The position numbers and the translations under genes are program-made. This document shows, piece after piece, positions 1 through 10,228 of a stretch of DNA of 64,000 nucleotides. Under the pieces are notes generated by a model. It did no database searches, was not told the DNA's origin, and worked only from the letters and a program-made list of their open reading frames with translations. Source of the DNA: an uncultured Actinomycetes bacterium (GTDB lineage: Bacteria; Actinomycetota; UBA4738; HRBIN12). Position 1 is the first letter of the stretch. Every line of letters begins with the position of its first letter. The stretch is from assembly GCA_963704725.1 (NCBI GenBank), contig OY969934.1:3264001-3328000 (forward strand), read 5' to 3'.

Positions 1-42
1 CCGGGATCGAGATTCCCAGGGCCGGATGAACAGGAGACGAAC

Positions 43-765
43 GTGAGCCGGACGGCTCGGGGGGCATCGGCTGTCGTTCCGGAGAAGCCGCACCGGGACC
101 CGCTCACGCGGGCCCGCGTGATCGAGGCGGCCCTGCGGATCATGGACTCGGAGGGCCTGGAGGCCGTCACGATGCGCCGCATCGGGCGCGAGCTGGGCGT
201 CGAGGCCATGTCGCTCTACAACCACGTCCGGGACAAGGAGGACATCCTCGACGGCATCAGCGAGGCCGTGATGTCCGAGTTCGAGATCCCGTCGCCGACC
301 GGCGACTGGGCAGCCGACGCGCGCTGCATGGCGCTGGAGTGGCGGCGGCTGCTCGGCCTGCATCCCGGCGTCATGCAGCTCCTCGCGGAGCGACACAAGC
401 CCCTTGAGGGGATGACGGCCTACCGGCCGATGGATGCCGCGCTCGAGGCGCTGAGCGGCACGGGATTGTCCGATCGCGAGCTCGCTCAGACCTTCAACGC
501 CCTCGGCGGGTACATCATGGGGTTCGTGATGATGGAGCAGGGGCTCATGCCCGGCCACGAGCCGCACGACCACGCCCACCAGCACGAGGCCGTCGCGGAG
601 GCGCTCCGCGAGGCCGGACTCGCGCGGCTCTCCGCGTGCTTCGAGTACTTCGCCGAGTGCCCGAACGACGAGCAGTTCGAGTTCGGTCTCGACCTGATGA
701 TCGCCGGACTTGCGGCCCGGTCCCGGTCGATCGCCGCCGCCACGAAGCCGTCCGCCGAGGTCTAG
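43..765 (+). CDS. TetR/AcrR family transcriptional regulator (TetR_C type)
   Basis: N-terminal HTH LTRARVIEAALRIMDSEGLEAVTMRRIGRELGVEAMSLYNHV; C-terminal FEFGLDLMIAGL. Confidence 0.92.
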   Translation: MSRTARGASAVVPEKPHRDPLTRARVIEAALRIMDSEGLEAVTMRRIGRELGVEAMSLYNHVRDKEDILDGISEAVMSEFEIPSPTGDWAADARCMALEWRRLLGLHPGVMQLLAERHKPLEGMTAYRPMDAALEALSGTGLSDRELAQTFNALGGYIMGFVMMEQGLMPGHEPHDHAHQHEAVAEALREAGLARLSACFEYFAECPNDEQFEFGLDLMIAGLAARSRSIAAATKPSAEV

Positions 766-1940
766 AGGACCCCGAGCTCCTTCCCCACCCGCTCGAACGC
801 GGCGAGCGCCTCGGCCAGGTCCTGCGGCGTGTGGTCCGCCGTGACGATCGTGCGGACGCGGGCATGCCCCTTCGCCACCGTCGGGAACACGATGGCCGGC
901 GTGAACACGCCCTCCTCGAACAGCCGGCGGGCGAACGCCTGGGTCGTCTCCTCCTCGCCGGTGATGACCGGCGTGATGGGGGTCTCGCTGGCGCCGGTGT
1001 CGAACCCGAGGGACTGCAGGCCGGCCTTGAGCGAGCGCGTGTTCTCCCACAGGCGTTCGAGGCGCTCGGGCTCGTCGCGGATGATGTCGAGCGCCTCCAT
1101 GCAGGCGGCGGTCACGGCCGGCGGCAGGCTCGTCGAGAACAGGAACGGCCGCCCTCGGTTCACGAGCCACTCGATCAGCTCGTTCGGGCCGGCGGTGAAC
1201 CCGCCGAGGACCCCGATCGCCTTCGAGAGGGTGCCGACCTGGATGTCGACGCGGCCGTGGAGCCCGAAGTGATCCACCGTCCCGGCGCCGCCCGATCCCA
1301 GCACCCCGGACGCGTGCGCGTCGTCGATCATCATGATCGCGCCGCGGCGTTCGGCCACCTCGACGAGGGCCGGCAGCGGCGCGATGTCTCCATCCATGGA
1401 GAAGACGCCGTCGGTGATGAGGAGCTGCCGGCGGCCCGGCCGCGCCGTCTCCGCGAGGAGCGCATCGGCGTGCTCCGCGTCTCGGTGCTCGAACACCTTG
1501 ATCTCCGCCCGCGACAGCCGTGCGCCGTCGATGATGGACGCGTGGTTCAGCCGGTCGCTGACGATCACGTCCTCCTTGTCGAGGATGGCGGCGACCGTGC
1601 CGGCGTTGGCCGTGAACCCCGACTGGAACATGAGCGCGTCCTCGGCGTGCTTGAAGTCGGCGAAGCGGCGCTCGAGGTCCCGGTGCATCGACATCGTGCC
1701 GGCGATCGTGCGGACGGCCCCGCTCCCCGCCCCGAGCTCGGTCGCGGCCCTCGCCGCCGCCGCGTTCATCCGTGGGTGGCTCGCCAGGCCGAGGTAGTTG
1801 TTCGAGGCCAGGTTGATCACCTCACGGCCGTCGAATCGGGCCCGGGCCCCGGTCGGTCCCTCCAGGGTCCGCGGATGGATCGCGAGGCCCTGCTCCTCGA
1901 GCTCGTGCAGCCGTTCCTTCAGGTAGTCCAGCGCGCCCAT
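762..1940 (-). CDS. kbl: Glycine C-acetyltransferase (2-amino-3-ketobutyrate CoA ligase)
   Basis: AOS family PLP motifs SNNYLGL, LNHASIIDG, DGVFSMDG, DDAH, GTLSKA; directly downstream of tdh. Confidence 0.88.
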   Translation of the reverse strand: MGALDYLKERLHELEEQGLAIHPRTLEGPTGARARFDGREVINLASNNYLGLASHPRMNAAAARAATELGAGSGAVRTIAGTMSMHRDLERRFADFKHAEDALMFQSGFTANAGTVAAILDKEDVIVSDRLNHASIIDGARLSRAEIKVFEHRDAEHADALLAETARPGRRQLLITDGVFSMDGDIAPLPALVEVAERRGAIMMIDDAHASGVLGSGGAGTVDHFGLHGRVDIQVGTLSKAIGVLGGFTAGPNELIEWLVNRGRPFLFSTSLPPAVTAACMEALDIIRDEPERLERLWENTRSLKAGLQSLGFDTGASETPITPVITGEEETTQAFARRLFEEGVFTPAIVFPTVAKGHARVRTIVTADHTPQDLAEALAAFERVGKELGVL

Positions 1941-1943
1941 CGA

Positions 1944-3062
1944 TCAGCCTCCGGTCTGCGGGGGGCCACCGCTCGCCCATTCGGGCTCGCTCCTCGAGCT
2001 CCCCGAACCCCCCGGGAACATGATGACCTTCGCGGCGTGCCCGGAGCGGGCCGTCTCGAAGGCCTCGTCGAATCGCTCGAGCGGGAACCGATGCGTGATG
2101 ACCGGCGACACGTCCACGCGGCCCGTGGACAGCAGCGTGGTCGTCTGCTGCCACGTCCGGAACATCTCGCGACCGGTGATGCCGAGGATCCGGGCCTCCT
2201 TGAAGATGACCTGGTCGTTCAGGTCCAGGGTGACCGGGCCGTCGGGCAGGCCGAGGAGCGAGACGCGGCCGCCGCGCGCGACCATCCGCGTCCCCTGGTC
2301 GATGGCGCGGGCGTTGCCCGACATCTCGAGCACCACCTCGGCGCCCGCCCCGTCGGTCTCGCGGAGCACGACCTCAACCGGGTCCTCCACCGTAGGGTCG
2401 ATCAACAGATCCGCGCCCATCTTGCCGGCGAGCGCGCGCCGGTCCGGGTTGGGCTCGATGGCGAACACCTTCCACGCGCCGAGGGCACGGGCGATCGCCA
2501 CGGAGAACAGGCCGATCGGCCCGCAGCCGATCACGGCGACGGGGTTGGTGAGCAGGTCCTCGCCGCCCTCGGTCCCGAACGCGGCGTGCACGGCGTTGCC
2601 GAACGGCTCCATGACCGAGGCGTGGTCGGGCCGGATGCCCTCGCCCACGATCCACGCGTTCTCGGCGGGCAGGACCACGTACTCGGCGAAGCCGCCGTCG
2701 GTGTCCACCCCAAGGATCCGCAGGTTCCGGCAGATGTGCGCCCGCCCGGTCCGGCAGGTGGAGCAGTGTCCGCACGCGATGTGTGTCTCGGCGGCGACGA
2801 ACGCACCCGGCTGGATGTGATGGACCTCGGGACCCACGACCTCGACCGAGCCGGCGACCTCGTGCCCGAACGTCATCGGGACGCGGGGGATGCGGCCCTC
2901 CGCCCACTCGTTCCAGTCGTAGATATGCAGGTCGGTGCCGCAGATCGAGGCCGCGTGGACCCGGACGAGCACCTCGCCCTCGCCGGGCTGAGGTACCGGA
3001 ACGTCCTCGAGCCTGGCACCGGGGCCTCTCGAGGTCTTCCGCAGGGCGCGCATCGTGCCCAT
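1944..3062 (-). CDS. tdh: L-threonine 3-dehydrogenase
   Basis: Zn-ADH motifs SICGTDLHIY, GHE, ACGHCSTC, GCGPIG, GITGREMFRTW; start moved to ATG 3062 (TAGGCT 8 nt upstream). Confidence 0.92.
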   Translation of the reverse strand: MGTMRALRKTSRGPGARLEDVPVPQPGEGEVLVRVHAASICGTDLHIYDWNEWAEGRIPRVPMTFGHEVAGSVEVVGPEVHHIQPGAFVAAETHIACGHCSTCRTGRAHICRNLRILGVDTDGGFAEYVVLPAENAWIVGEGIRPDHASVMEPFGNAVHAAFGTEGGEDLLTNPVAVIGCGPIGLFSVAIARALGAWKVFAIEPNPDRRALAGKMGADLLIDPTVEDPVEVVLRETDGAGAEVVLEMSGNARAIDQGTRMVARGGRVSLLGLPDGPVTLDLNDQVIFKEARILGITGREMFRTWQQTTTLLSTGRVDVSPVITHRFPLERFDEAFETARSGHAAKVIMFPGGSGSSRSEPEWASGGPPQTGG

Positions 3063-3175
3063 CGGCGGGGAGCCTACCCTGCCCGGAGCAACGGCATCCG
3101 AGGCGGCCCCGCCCGGAACCAGCGGGCCGTCCGGCACCGTCCAAGGCGCCACACGCGACAACGGAGGATGCCCCG

Positions 3176-4078
3176 ATGAGGACCAAGACGTTCGCGCTCG
3201 CCCTGCTGCTCCCGGCCCTGATCCTGTCCGCCTGCGGCCGACTCAACGACGAGGGAGGGGCCGGCAGCGGAGGATCCGGCGCCACCGGCGACTCCGGGAG
3301 CGGTGGGTCCCCCGCCATCGATCACCCCACGGGCGCGAGCGATCTGATCCTCCGGGTGGAGACCGGCGGCGGGTTCGTCATGCCGTCGTTCACCCTCCGC
3401 TCGGTCCCCGGCTTCTCCCTCTACGGAGACGGCCGCCTCATCGTCGAGGGCCCGATGATCGAGATCTATCCCGGCCCCGCGCTGCCCAACCTCCAGGTCA
3501 TGCGCCTGTCCGAGGAGGCCGTGCAGGCCATCCTCGAGGCGGCCGGCAACGCCGATCTCCTCGTGCGGGACACGAGCTACGACTACAACTGCATCGCCGA
3601 CGCGGCCACGACGACGTTCACGGTCACCGCCGACGGCGCCACCCACACGGTGTCCGCATACGCGCTCGGGATGGACCAGGACGGTGGGAGCTGCCAGGGG
3701 TCGAACGTGGACGCGCGCACCAAGCTCCAGGACTTCGCGACGGCGCTCGGGGACCTCCAGAGCTGGCTCCCCGCCGGCTCGATCGGCGCCTCCGAGGAGT
3801 ACACGCCGTCGGAGATGCGGGTCTACGTGCAGCCGTACCAGGCCGACCCCCAGCTCGAGGAGCCGGCCGTCGACTGGCCGCTCGCGGCGCCGCTCGGGTC
3901 GTTCGGGGAACCCGACCCGAACCTGTCGGACGCCCGGTGCGGCGTCGTCTCGGGTGCCGACTTCGACGCGCTCCTGCCGCTCGTCCGGTCGGCCAACGAG
4001 CTCACGCCCTGGTCGAGCGACGGCACGGACTACGGCCTGATCTTCCGGCCGCTCCTGCCCGACGAGCACGCCTGCTGA
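3176..4078 (+). CDS. Hypothetical lipoprotein
   Basis: SD GGAGG; signal peptide with lipobox LSAC; Gly/Ser linker then globular domain (GGGFV...FSLYGDGRLI). Confidence 0.8.
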   Translation: MRTKTFALALLLPALILSACGRLNDEGGAGSGGSGATGDSGSGGSPAIDHPTGASDLILRVETGGGFVMPSFTLRSVPGFSLYGDGRLIVEGPMIEIYPGPALPNLQVMRLSEEAVQAILEAAGNADLLVRDTSYDYNCIADAATTTFTVTADGATHTVSAYALGMDQDGGSCQGSNVDARTKLQDFATALGDLQSWLPAGSIGASEEYTPSEMRVYVQPYQADPQLEEPAVDWPLAAPLGSFGEPDPNLSDARCGVVSGADFDALLPLVRSANELTPWSSDGTDYGLIFRPLLPDEHAC

Positions 4079-4082
4079 TCGA

Positions 4083-5139
<1,057 letters not shown>

Positions 5140-5168
<29 letters not shown>

Positions 5169-5805
5169 CGCGCACCGTCTCGATCACCTCGGGGCCGAGC
5201 CGTCCCCGGAGCCGGCCGACGCAGACGTCGACGACATTGCTCCCCGGATCGAACCCGTACCCCCAGACCTCCTGCAGGAGCCGCTGGCGGGTCGCCACGT
5301 CGTCGCCGAGCTGCATGAGATGGCGGAGTAGGAGGAACTCACGCTCGGGCAGGACGACCGGCCCCGACCCGACGTCCGCCGTGCGCCGGACGAGGTCGAG
5401 CGCGACGCCCTCCAGCCGCAGGAACCGCTCGCCCGGCCCCGACGCCGCCTGGCGGAGCCGGGCTCGCACTCGCGCCAGGAGCTCCGCGAGCGAGAAGGGC
5501 TTGGGGAGGTAGTCGGAGGCCCCCAGCTCCAGGCATTCCACCTTGCTCTCCACGTCCGAGAGCGCGGACAGGACGAGCACGCGCTGCTCGGGCCTGCTCT
5601 CCATCAGGCTCCGGAGCACCGAGACGCCGTCCATCCCGGGCAGGAGGAGATCGAGCACGACGAGCGCGTACCGGCCGCTCCGCGCGAGCTCGAGACCCCG
5701 TCGGCCGTCCGGCGCCGCATCGACCTGGAACCCTTCGGCCGTCAGCGCCCTCGAGACGAAGCTCGAGATCCTCGGCTCGTCGTCAACGACCAGGACCCGC
5801 GGCAC
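5140..5805 (-). CDS. OmpR/PhoB family response regulator
   Basis: VLVVDDE, LDLLLPGMDG, KPF, C-terminal ETVRGVGY; overlaps the kinase gene. Confidence 0.93.
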
Positions 5806-5849
5806 GTCGGGAATCCTAGGCCGACCGGGCCTCCGAGCGGCAGGGGTTC

Positions 5850-5921
5850 ATGACGCCGAGGTCATCGTCCTCGCGGAGGGATCCTGAACGGGCGATGACA
5901 CCGGGATGACGGCGCGGTCAC
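5850..5921. promoter_or_regulatory. 11-bp-spaced (A/G)T(G/C)A(C/T) repeats, putative OmpR-family binding sites
   Basis: ATGAC 5850 / GTCAT 5861 and ATGAC 5895 / ATGAC 5906 / GTCAC 5917; -10 TACACT at 5951. Confidence 0.45.
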
Positions 5922-6002
5922 ATCGCTTCGGTGCGCCGGTGGGTCGGTCCTACACTCCGGCGCCGATCGCGGGTTGCGGTCGCCGACAGAAGGGAGGGGA
6001 TC

Positions 6003-6464
6003 ATGACCCAGGGCGCGGTGCGCGTGGCCGCGGGTCTGTTCGTCGCCATCGCGCTGGCGCTGCCCGCGTGCGGGGACGACGAGGGTGGAGGCGAGAGCGG
6101 CGACTCCTCCGTCGACGTCACCCTGCAGGAGTTCGCGGTGGTCCCGGACTCGAGCTCGGCCCCCGCCGGCTCGGTCACCTTCACGATCACGAACGAGGGA
6201 CCGGAGGACGAGCACGAGTTCGTCGTCATCCGGACCGACCTCGATCCGATCTCGCTTCCGACGAACGACGACGGCTCGGTGAACGAGGAGGGCGAGGGGA
6301 TCGAGCCGGTCGACGAGGTCGAGGAAATCCCGGTCGGGGACACGCAGACGCTGACGGTGGACCTCGAGGCAGGCAGCTACGTCCTCATCTGCAACATCTA
6401 CGACGAGGACGAGCAGGAGTCCCACTACCAGGAGGGCATGCGAACGGCGTTCACCGTCGCCTAG
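6003..6464 (+). CDS. Cupredoxin-like (type 1 copper) lipoprotein
   Basis: Lipobox LPAC; EHEFVV His and C-terminal ICN...HYQEGM Cys/His/Met ligand set; SD GGAGGG. Confidence 0.8.
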   Translation: MTQGAVRVAAGLFVAIALALPACGDDEGGGESGDSSVDVTLQEFAVVPDSSSAPAGSVTFTITNEGPEDEHEFVVIRTDLDPISLPTNDDGSVNEEGEGIEPVDEVEEIPVGDTQTLTVDLEAGSYVLICNIYDEDEQESHYQEGMRTAFTVA

Positions 6465-6483
6465 TGGCGCGGCTCGCCGCCCG

Positions 6484-7677
6484 CTACAGCACCCGGCGCT
6501 TCGGCCTGCGCAGGCCGGAGCGTCGACCCGAAGCCGAGGCGGAGAAGACCACGCGCGGGGGCGCGACCTTCATGCCCTCCTCCTCGAACTCGTCGTGGAG
6601 GTCGAGGCGTGCGGCCATCCGTCCGACGTCGCCCTGCTGATCCGCCGTGACCAGCGTGATGCTGTTCCCGGTCCGGCCGGCCCGTGCGGTGCGGCCCACG
6701 CGGTGGACGTAGCCCTTGTCGTCGTTCGGCGGGTCGTAGTTCACTACGTGGCTGATCCGCTCGAGGTCGAGGCCGCGAGCCGCGACGTCCGTGGCCACCA
6801 GGACCTGGGCGCGTCCGGACTCGAACCGGGCGAGCGCGTGCTGCCGCGCGGTCTGGGTCATGTCGCCGTGGAGCGCCTCGGCCTTGAGGCCCTTCGCCTT
6901 CAGCTTGTGGACCAGACGGTCCGCCCCGCGCTTGGTCCGGACGAAGACGAGCGTCAGCTCACCGCCGTGCTGGAGCAGCTCGATCAGCGCCTCGACCTTG
7001 CCCGCAGCGGAGACCGAGACGAACCGGTGCGAGAGGCCGTCCACGGTGTCGCCGTCCGACTCGACCTCGTGCAGCACCGGGGCCCGCGTGTAGGCCTGCG
7101 CCAGCCGCCCCACCGCGCCGTCGAGCGTGGCCGAGAAGAACATCGTCTGGCGATCGGCGGGGAGGTGCCGCACGATGCGATCGACTTGCGGCTGGAACCC
7201 CATGTCGAGCATGCGATCGGCCTCGTCGAGCACCAGGGTGCGCACGCGCTCGAGCTTGAGGGATCCGCGCTCGATCAGGTCCTGGAGCCGTCCGGGCGTG
7301 GCGATCAGGATGTGCGCCGTGCTGTTGCCGCGCGCCTGCTCCCGGAGGCTCACGCCGCCGTAGGCGACGCCGACGCGCAGGCCCTTGGCCTTGGCCACCG
7401 GCTCGAAGTCGTCCGCCACCTGCTGCGCGAGCTCGCGCGTGGGGACGAGGACGAGGGCGGCCGGGGTCGCGTCGTCGGCGTGGATCCGCTCGACGATCGG
7501 GAGCGCGAAGGCGAGCGTCTTGCCGGAACCGGTCGCAGAGCGCGCGAGCACGTCGGTTCCGGCCATGGCGTCGCGCAGCACGAGCGCCTGCACCGGGAAC
7601 GGCGAGACGACGCCGCCCTCGGCGAGGACGTCGATCACGGCGCGAGATACGCCGAGATCGGCGAAGGTGGTGGTCAT
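6484..7677 (-). CDS. DEAD-box RNA helicase
   Basis: TGSGKT, PTRELA, TPGR, DEAD, SAT, ARGLD, HRVGRTAR; SD AAGGAG. Confidence 0.96.
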   Translation of the reverse strand: MTTTFADLGVSRAVIDVLAEGGVVSPFPVQALVLRDAMAGTDVLARSATGSGKTLAFALPIVERIHADDATPAALVLVPTRELAQQVADDFEPVAKAKGLRVGVAYGGVSLREQARGNSTAHILIATPGRLQDLIERGSLKLERVRTLVLDEADRMLDMGFQPQVDRIVRHLPADRQTMFFSATLDGAVGRLAQAYTRAPVLHEVESDGDTVDGLSHRFVSVSAAGKVEALIELLQHGGELTLVFVRTKRGADRLVHKLKAKGLKAEALHGDMTQTARQHALARFESGRAQVLVATDVAARGLDLERISHVVNYDPPNDDKGYVHRVGRTARAGRTGNSITLVTADQQGDVGRMAARLDLHDEFEEEGMKVAPPRVVFSASASGRRSGLRRPKRRVL

Positions 7678-7818
7678 GTTCGACTCCTTCTGACCGCGTT
7701 GCTCGCGGCCCGGTCAACGGGGAGGTTGGCCTTGCCCCGAGACCGCCGGAAGGAGGAACGAGGAAAAACAACCTCACGGAGTGGCTCGATGCCGCTCCTC
7801 ATGCAGGATCGTACCAGC

Positions 7819-8463
7819 TCAGGTGCGCAGGACGAGCAGGATCATCGCGTAGTGGCAGCCGGCGGCCGCCACCATGAACGCGTGCCAGATCTCGTGGTAC
7901 CCGAACACGTCGGGTCGGGGGTCCGGGCGATGCGAGGCGAACATGATCGCGCCGGCCGTATAGAGGAGCCCTCCGGTCAGCAGCAGGATCAGCTCCGCGA
8001 GCGACAGCCCCTGCACCAGCTGGGGGAAGGCGATCATGGCGAGCCACCCCATCACCATGTAGAGGGTCGCGGTGACGATCGAGAGGCCGTGCGGCTTCAC
8101 CATCTTCAGGGTGATGCCGATCGCCGCGGCCGCCCAGATGACCGAGAGCAGGACGACCTCCCAGGGCCCGTGCAGCGCCAGGACCGTGATCGGCGTGTAG
8201 CTGCCCGCGATCAGGACGTAGATCATCGAGTGGTCCAGCCGCTTCATCCAGGTGCGGACGGCCGGGGACCAGGCGCCTCGGTGATAGGCGGCGCTCGAGC
8301 CGAGGACCGCCGTGAGGCTTGCCGCGTAGATCGATGCGACGGCCGTCGCGGCGGCGCCCTGCGCGACGAGGATGACCACGACGCCCGCGGGGATCGAGAC
8401 GAAGAACGCGACCTGGTGGATGCGGCCGCGCAGCCGAGGCTTCTCGAGCACGGCGGCGGCCAT
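7819..8463 (-). CDS. Hemolysin III / PAQR family membrane protein
   Basis: KPRLRG, SAAYH, RLDHSMIY, FGYHEIWH; start ATG 8463 (TACCAT 7 nt upstream). Confidence 0.92.
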   Translation of the reverse strand: MAAAVLEKPRLRGRIHQVAFFVSIPAGVVVILVAQGAAATAVASIYAASLTAVLGSSAAYHRGAWSPAVRTWMKRLDHSMIYVLIAGSYTPITVLALHGPWEVVLLSVIWAAAAIGITLKMVKPHGLSIVTATLYMVMGWLAMIAFPQLVQGLSLAELILLLTGGLLYTAGAIMFASHRPDPRPDVFGYHEIWHAFMVAAAGCHYAMILLVLRT

Positions 8464-8506
8464 CGGTTGCATGGTACCGCAACACGCCATCGGCTACCCT
8501 TCGGTC

Positions 8507-10225
8507 ATGGCCCCGGACCTCGTCCGCAGGCTCGCCGTCGCCCGCGGTGACGAGCCCGCCGACCTCGTGCTTCGGGGCGGGCGTGTGCTCTCGGTCTTCA
8601 CCGGCGAGCTCCTCGATGCGGACATCGCGATCTGCGGCGAGCACGTCGCCGGCGTCGGATCCGACTACGACGGCGTCGAGATCGTCGACGTCTCGGGGCT
8701 GATCCTGCTCCCCGGCTTCATCGACGGGCACATGCATCTCGAGTCGACCAAGCTCATGGTCGACGAGTTCGCCCGCGCCGCGCTCCCGTGGGGGACGACC
8801 ACGGTCGTGCTCGACCCGCACGAGATCGCCAACGTCTTCGGGCTCGACGGAGTCCGAGCGATCCTCGAGCGCGCCGCCGACATCCCGCTCGACTATTTCG
8901 TGATGGTGTCCTCGTGCGTCCCGGCGTCGCCGTTCGAGTCGAGCGGCGCCACGGTCACGGCCGAGGACATCGCTGCGTTCCTGTCGGAGGAGCCGAACGC
9001 GATCGGCATCGCGGAGATGATGGACGTGCCCGGCGTGGTGCACGGCCACCCCGACGCGCTCGCCAAGGTGGACGCGGCGGCGGGACGTCACATCGACGGC
9101 CACGCCCCCGGCCTGTCGGGTCGAGGGCTCAACGCGTACCTGGCGGCCGGCGTCCGCAGCGACCACGAGTGCACGACCTACGAGGAGGCGCTCGAGAAGC
9201 GCCGCCTCGGCATGTGGATCATGATCCGCGAGGGCTCGGCCGCGCGGAACCTGGAAGCGCTGCTGCCCCTGGTCCTCGAGCACGGCCCGGCGAACACGCT
9301 GCTCTGCACGGACGACCGGGAGCCGGACCAGCTCCTCGAGGAGGGTCACATCAACGACGTGATGCGCAAGGCGGTCGCGCTCGGCTGCCCGCCCGCCGAT
9401 GCCGTCCTGATGGGGACCCTGAACGCGGCCCGGTACCACCGCCTGTACGAGCACGGCGCCCTCGCCCCCGGCTACCTCGCCGACGTCGTCGCCGTGGCCG
9501 ACCTCGAGTCGTTCCGGCCGGTGCGGGTGTACAAGCGGGGACGCATGGCGGCCGCGAACGGTCGCGCCGTCGGCGTTCCCCGCGTCACCCCCCACGATTG
9601 GATGCGCGGCAGCGTCCACGTCCGCCACCTGGAGGCCTCGGACTTCCAGATCTCGATCGACGGGCGGGTGCGCGTGATCGGTGTCGAGGCCGGGCAGATC
9701 GTGACGAAGGCGCTTGAGGACGACCCGGGCCACCGCAACGGCCACGCCACCGCGGATCCCGATCGCGACCTGGCCAAGATGGCCGTGATCGAGCGTCACC
9801 GCGACACCGGGCGGATCGGCCTCGGCTTCGTCCGCGGGTTCGGTCTGCGGCGGGGCGCGCTCGCCTCCAGCCACGCGCACGACGCCCACAACGTGGTCGT
9901 GGTCGGGGTCGACGACGCCGACATGGCGACCGCGGCCAACCGCCTCCGCGACATCGGCGGCGGTCAGGTCGCCGTGGCGGGCGGCGAGGTCCTGGCGGAG
10001 GTGCCGTGTCCCATCGGCGGGCTGCTCTCGGACCTCCCGGTGGAGGAGGTGGCGTCCGCGGTCCGCCGGATGGAAACGGCCGCGCACAAGGCGCTCGGGG
10101 CCACGCTGCCCTCGCCCTTCATGGCGATGTCGTTCATGGCGCTCTCGGTCATCCCCGAGCTGAAGCTCACCGACCGGGGATTGATCGACGTGCTCCGCTC
10201 CGAGCTGGTCCCGCTCGAGGCGTAG
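8507..10225 (+). CDS. ade: Adenine deaminase
   Basis: PGFIDGHMHLES, DPHEIANV, DGHAPG, DHE, REGS, CTDD, AHDAHN, SVIPELKLTDRGL. Confidence 0.93.
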   Translation: MAPDLVRRLAVARGDEPADLVLRGGRVLSVFTGELLDADIAICGEHVAGVGSDYDGVEIVDVSGLILLPGFIDGHMHLESTKLMVDEFARAALPWGTTTVVLDPHEIANVFGLDGVRAILERAADIPLDYFVMVSSCVPASPFESSGATVTAEDIAAFLSEEPNAIGIAEMMDVPGVVHGHPDALAKVDAAAGRHIDGHAPGLSGRGLNAYLAAGVRSDHECTTYEEALEKRRLGMWIMIREGSAARNLEALLPLVLEHGPANTLLCTDDREPDQLLEEGHINDVMRKAVALGCPPADAVLMGTLNAARYHRLYEHGALAPGYLADVVAVADLESFRPVRVYKRGRMAAANGRAVGVPRVTPHDWMRGSVHVRHLEASDFQISIDGRVRVIGVEAGQIVTKALEDDPGHRNGHATADPDRDLAKMAVIERHRDTGRIGLGFVRGFGLRRGALASSHAHDAHNVVVVGVDDADMATAANRLRDIGGGQVAVAGGEVLAEVPCPIGGLLSDLPVEEVASAVRRMETAAHKALGATLPSPFMAMSFMALSVIPELKLTDRGLIDVLRSELVPLEA

Positions 10226-10228
10226 CCG

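Noticed and set aside
762-1940. 8-amino-7-oxononanoate synthase (bioF)
   Set aside because: Coupling to tdh and the absence of bio genes favour kbl
636-3179. 847-aa plus-strand ORF, and similar long ORFs such as 15445-18411, 19305-21839, 49783-53190 and 60212-62878
   Set aside because: Shadow frames of well-supported genes; long stop-free frames are expected at this GC content and the translations lack motifs
7819-8463. Hemolysin as a virulence factor
   Set aside because: The HlyIII/PAQR family is a widespread housekeeping membrane protein family
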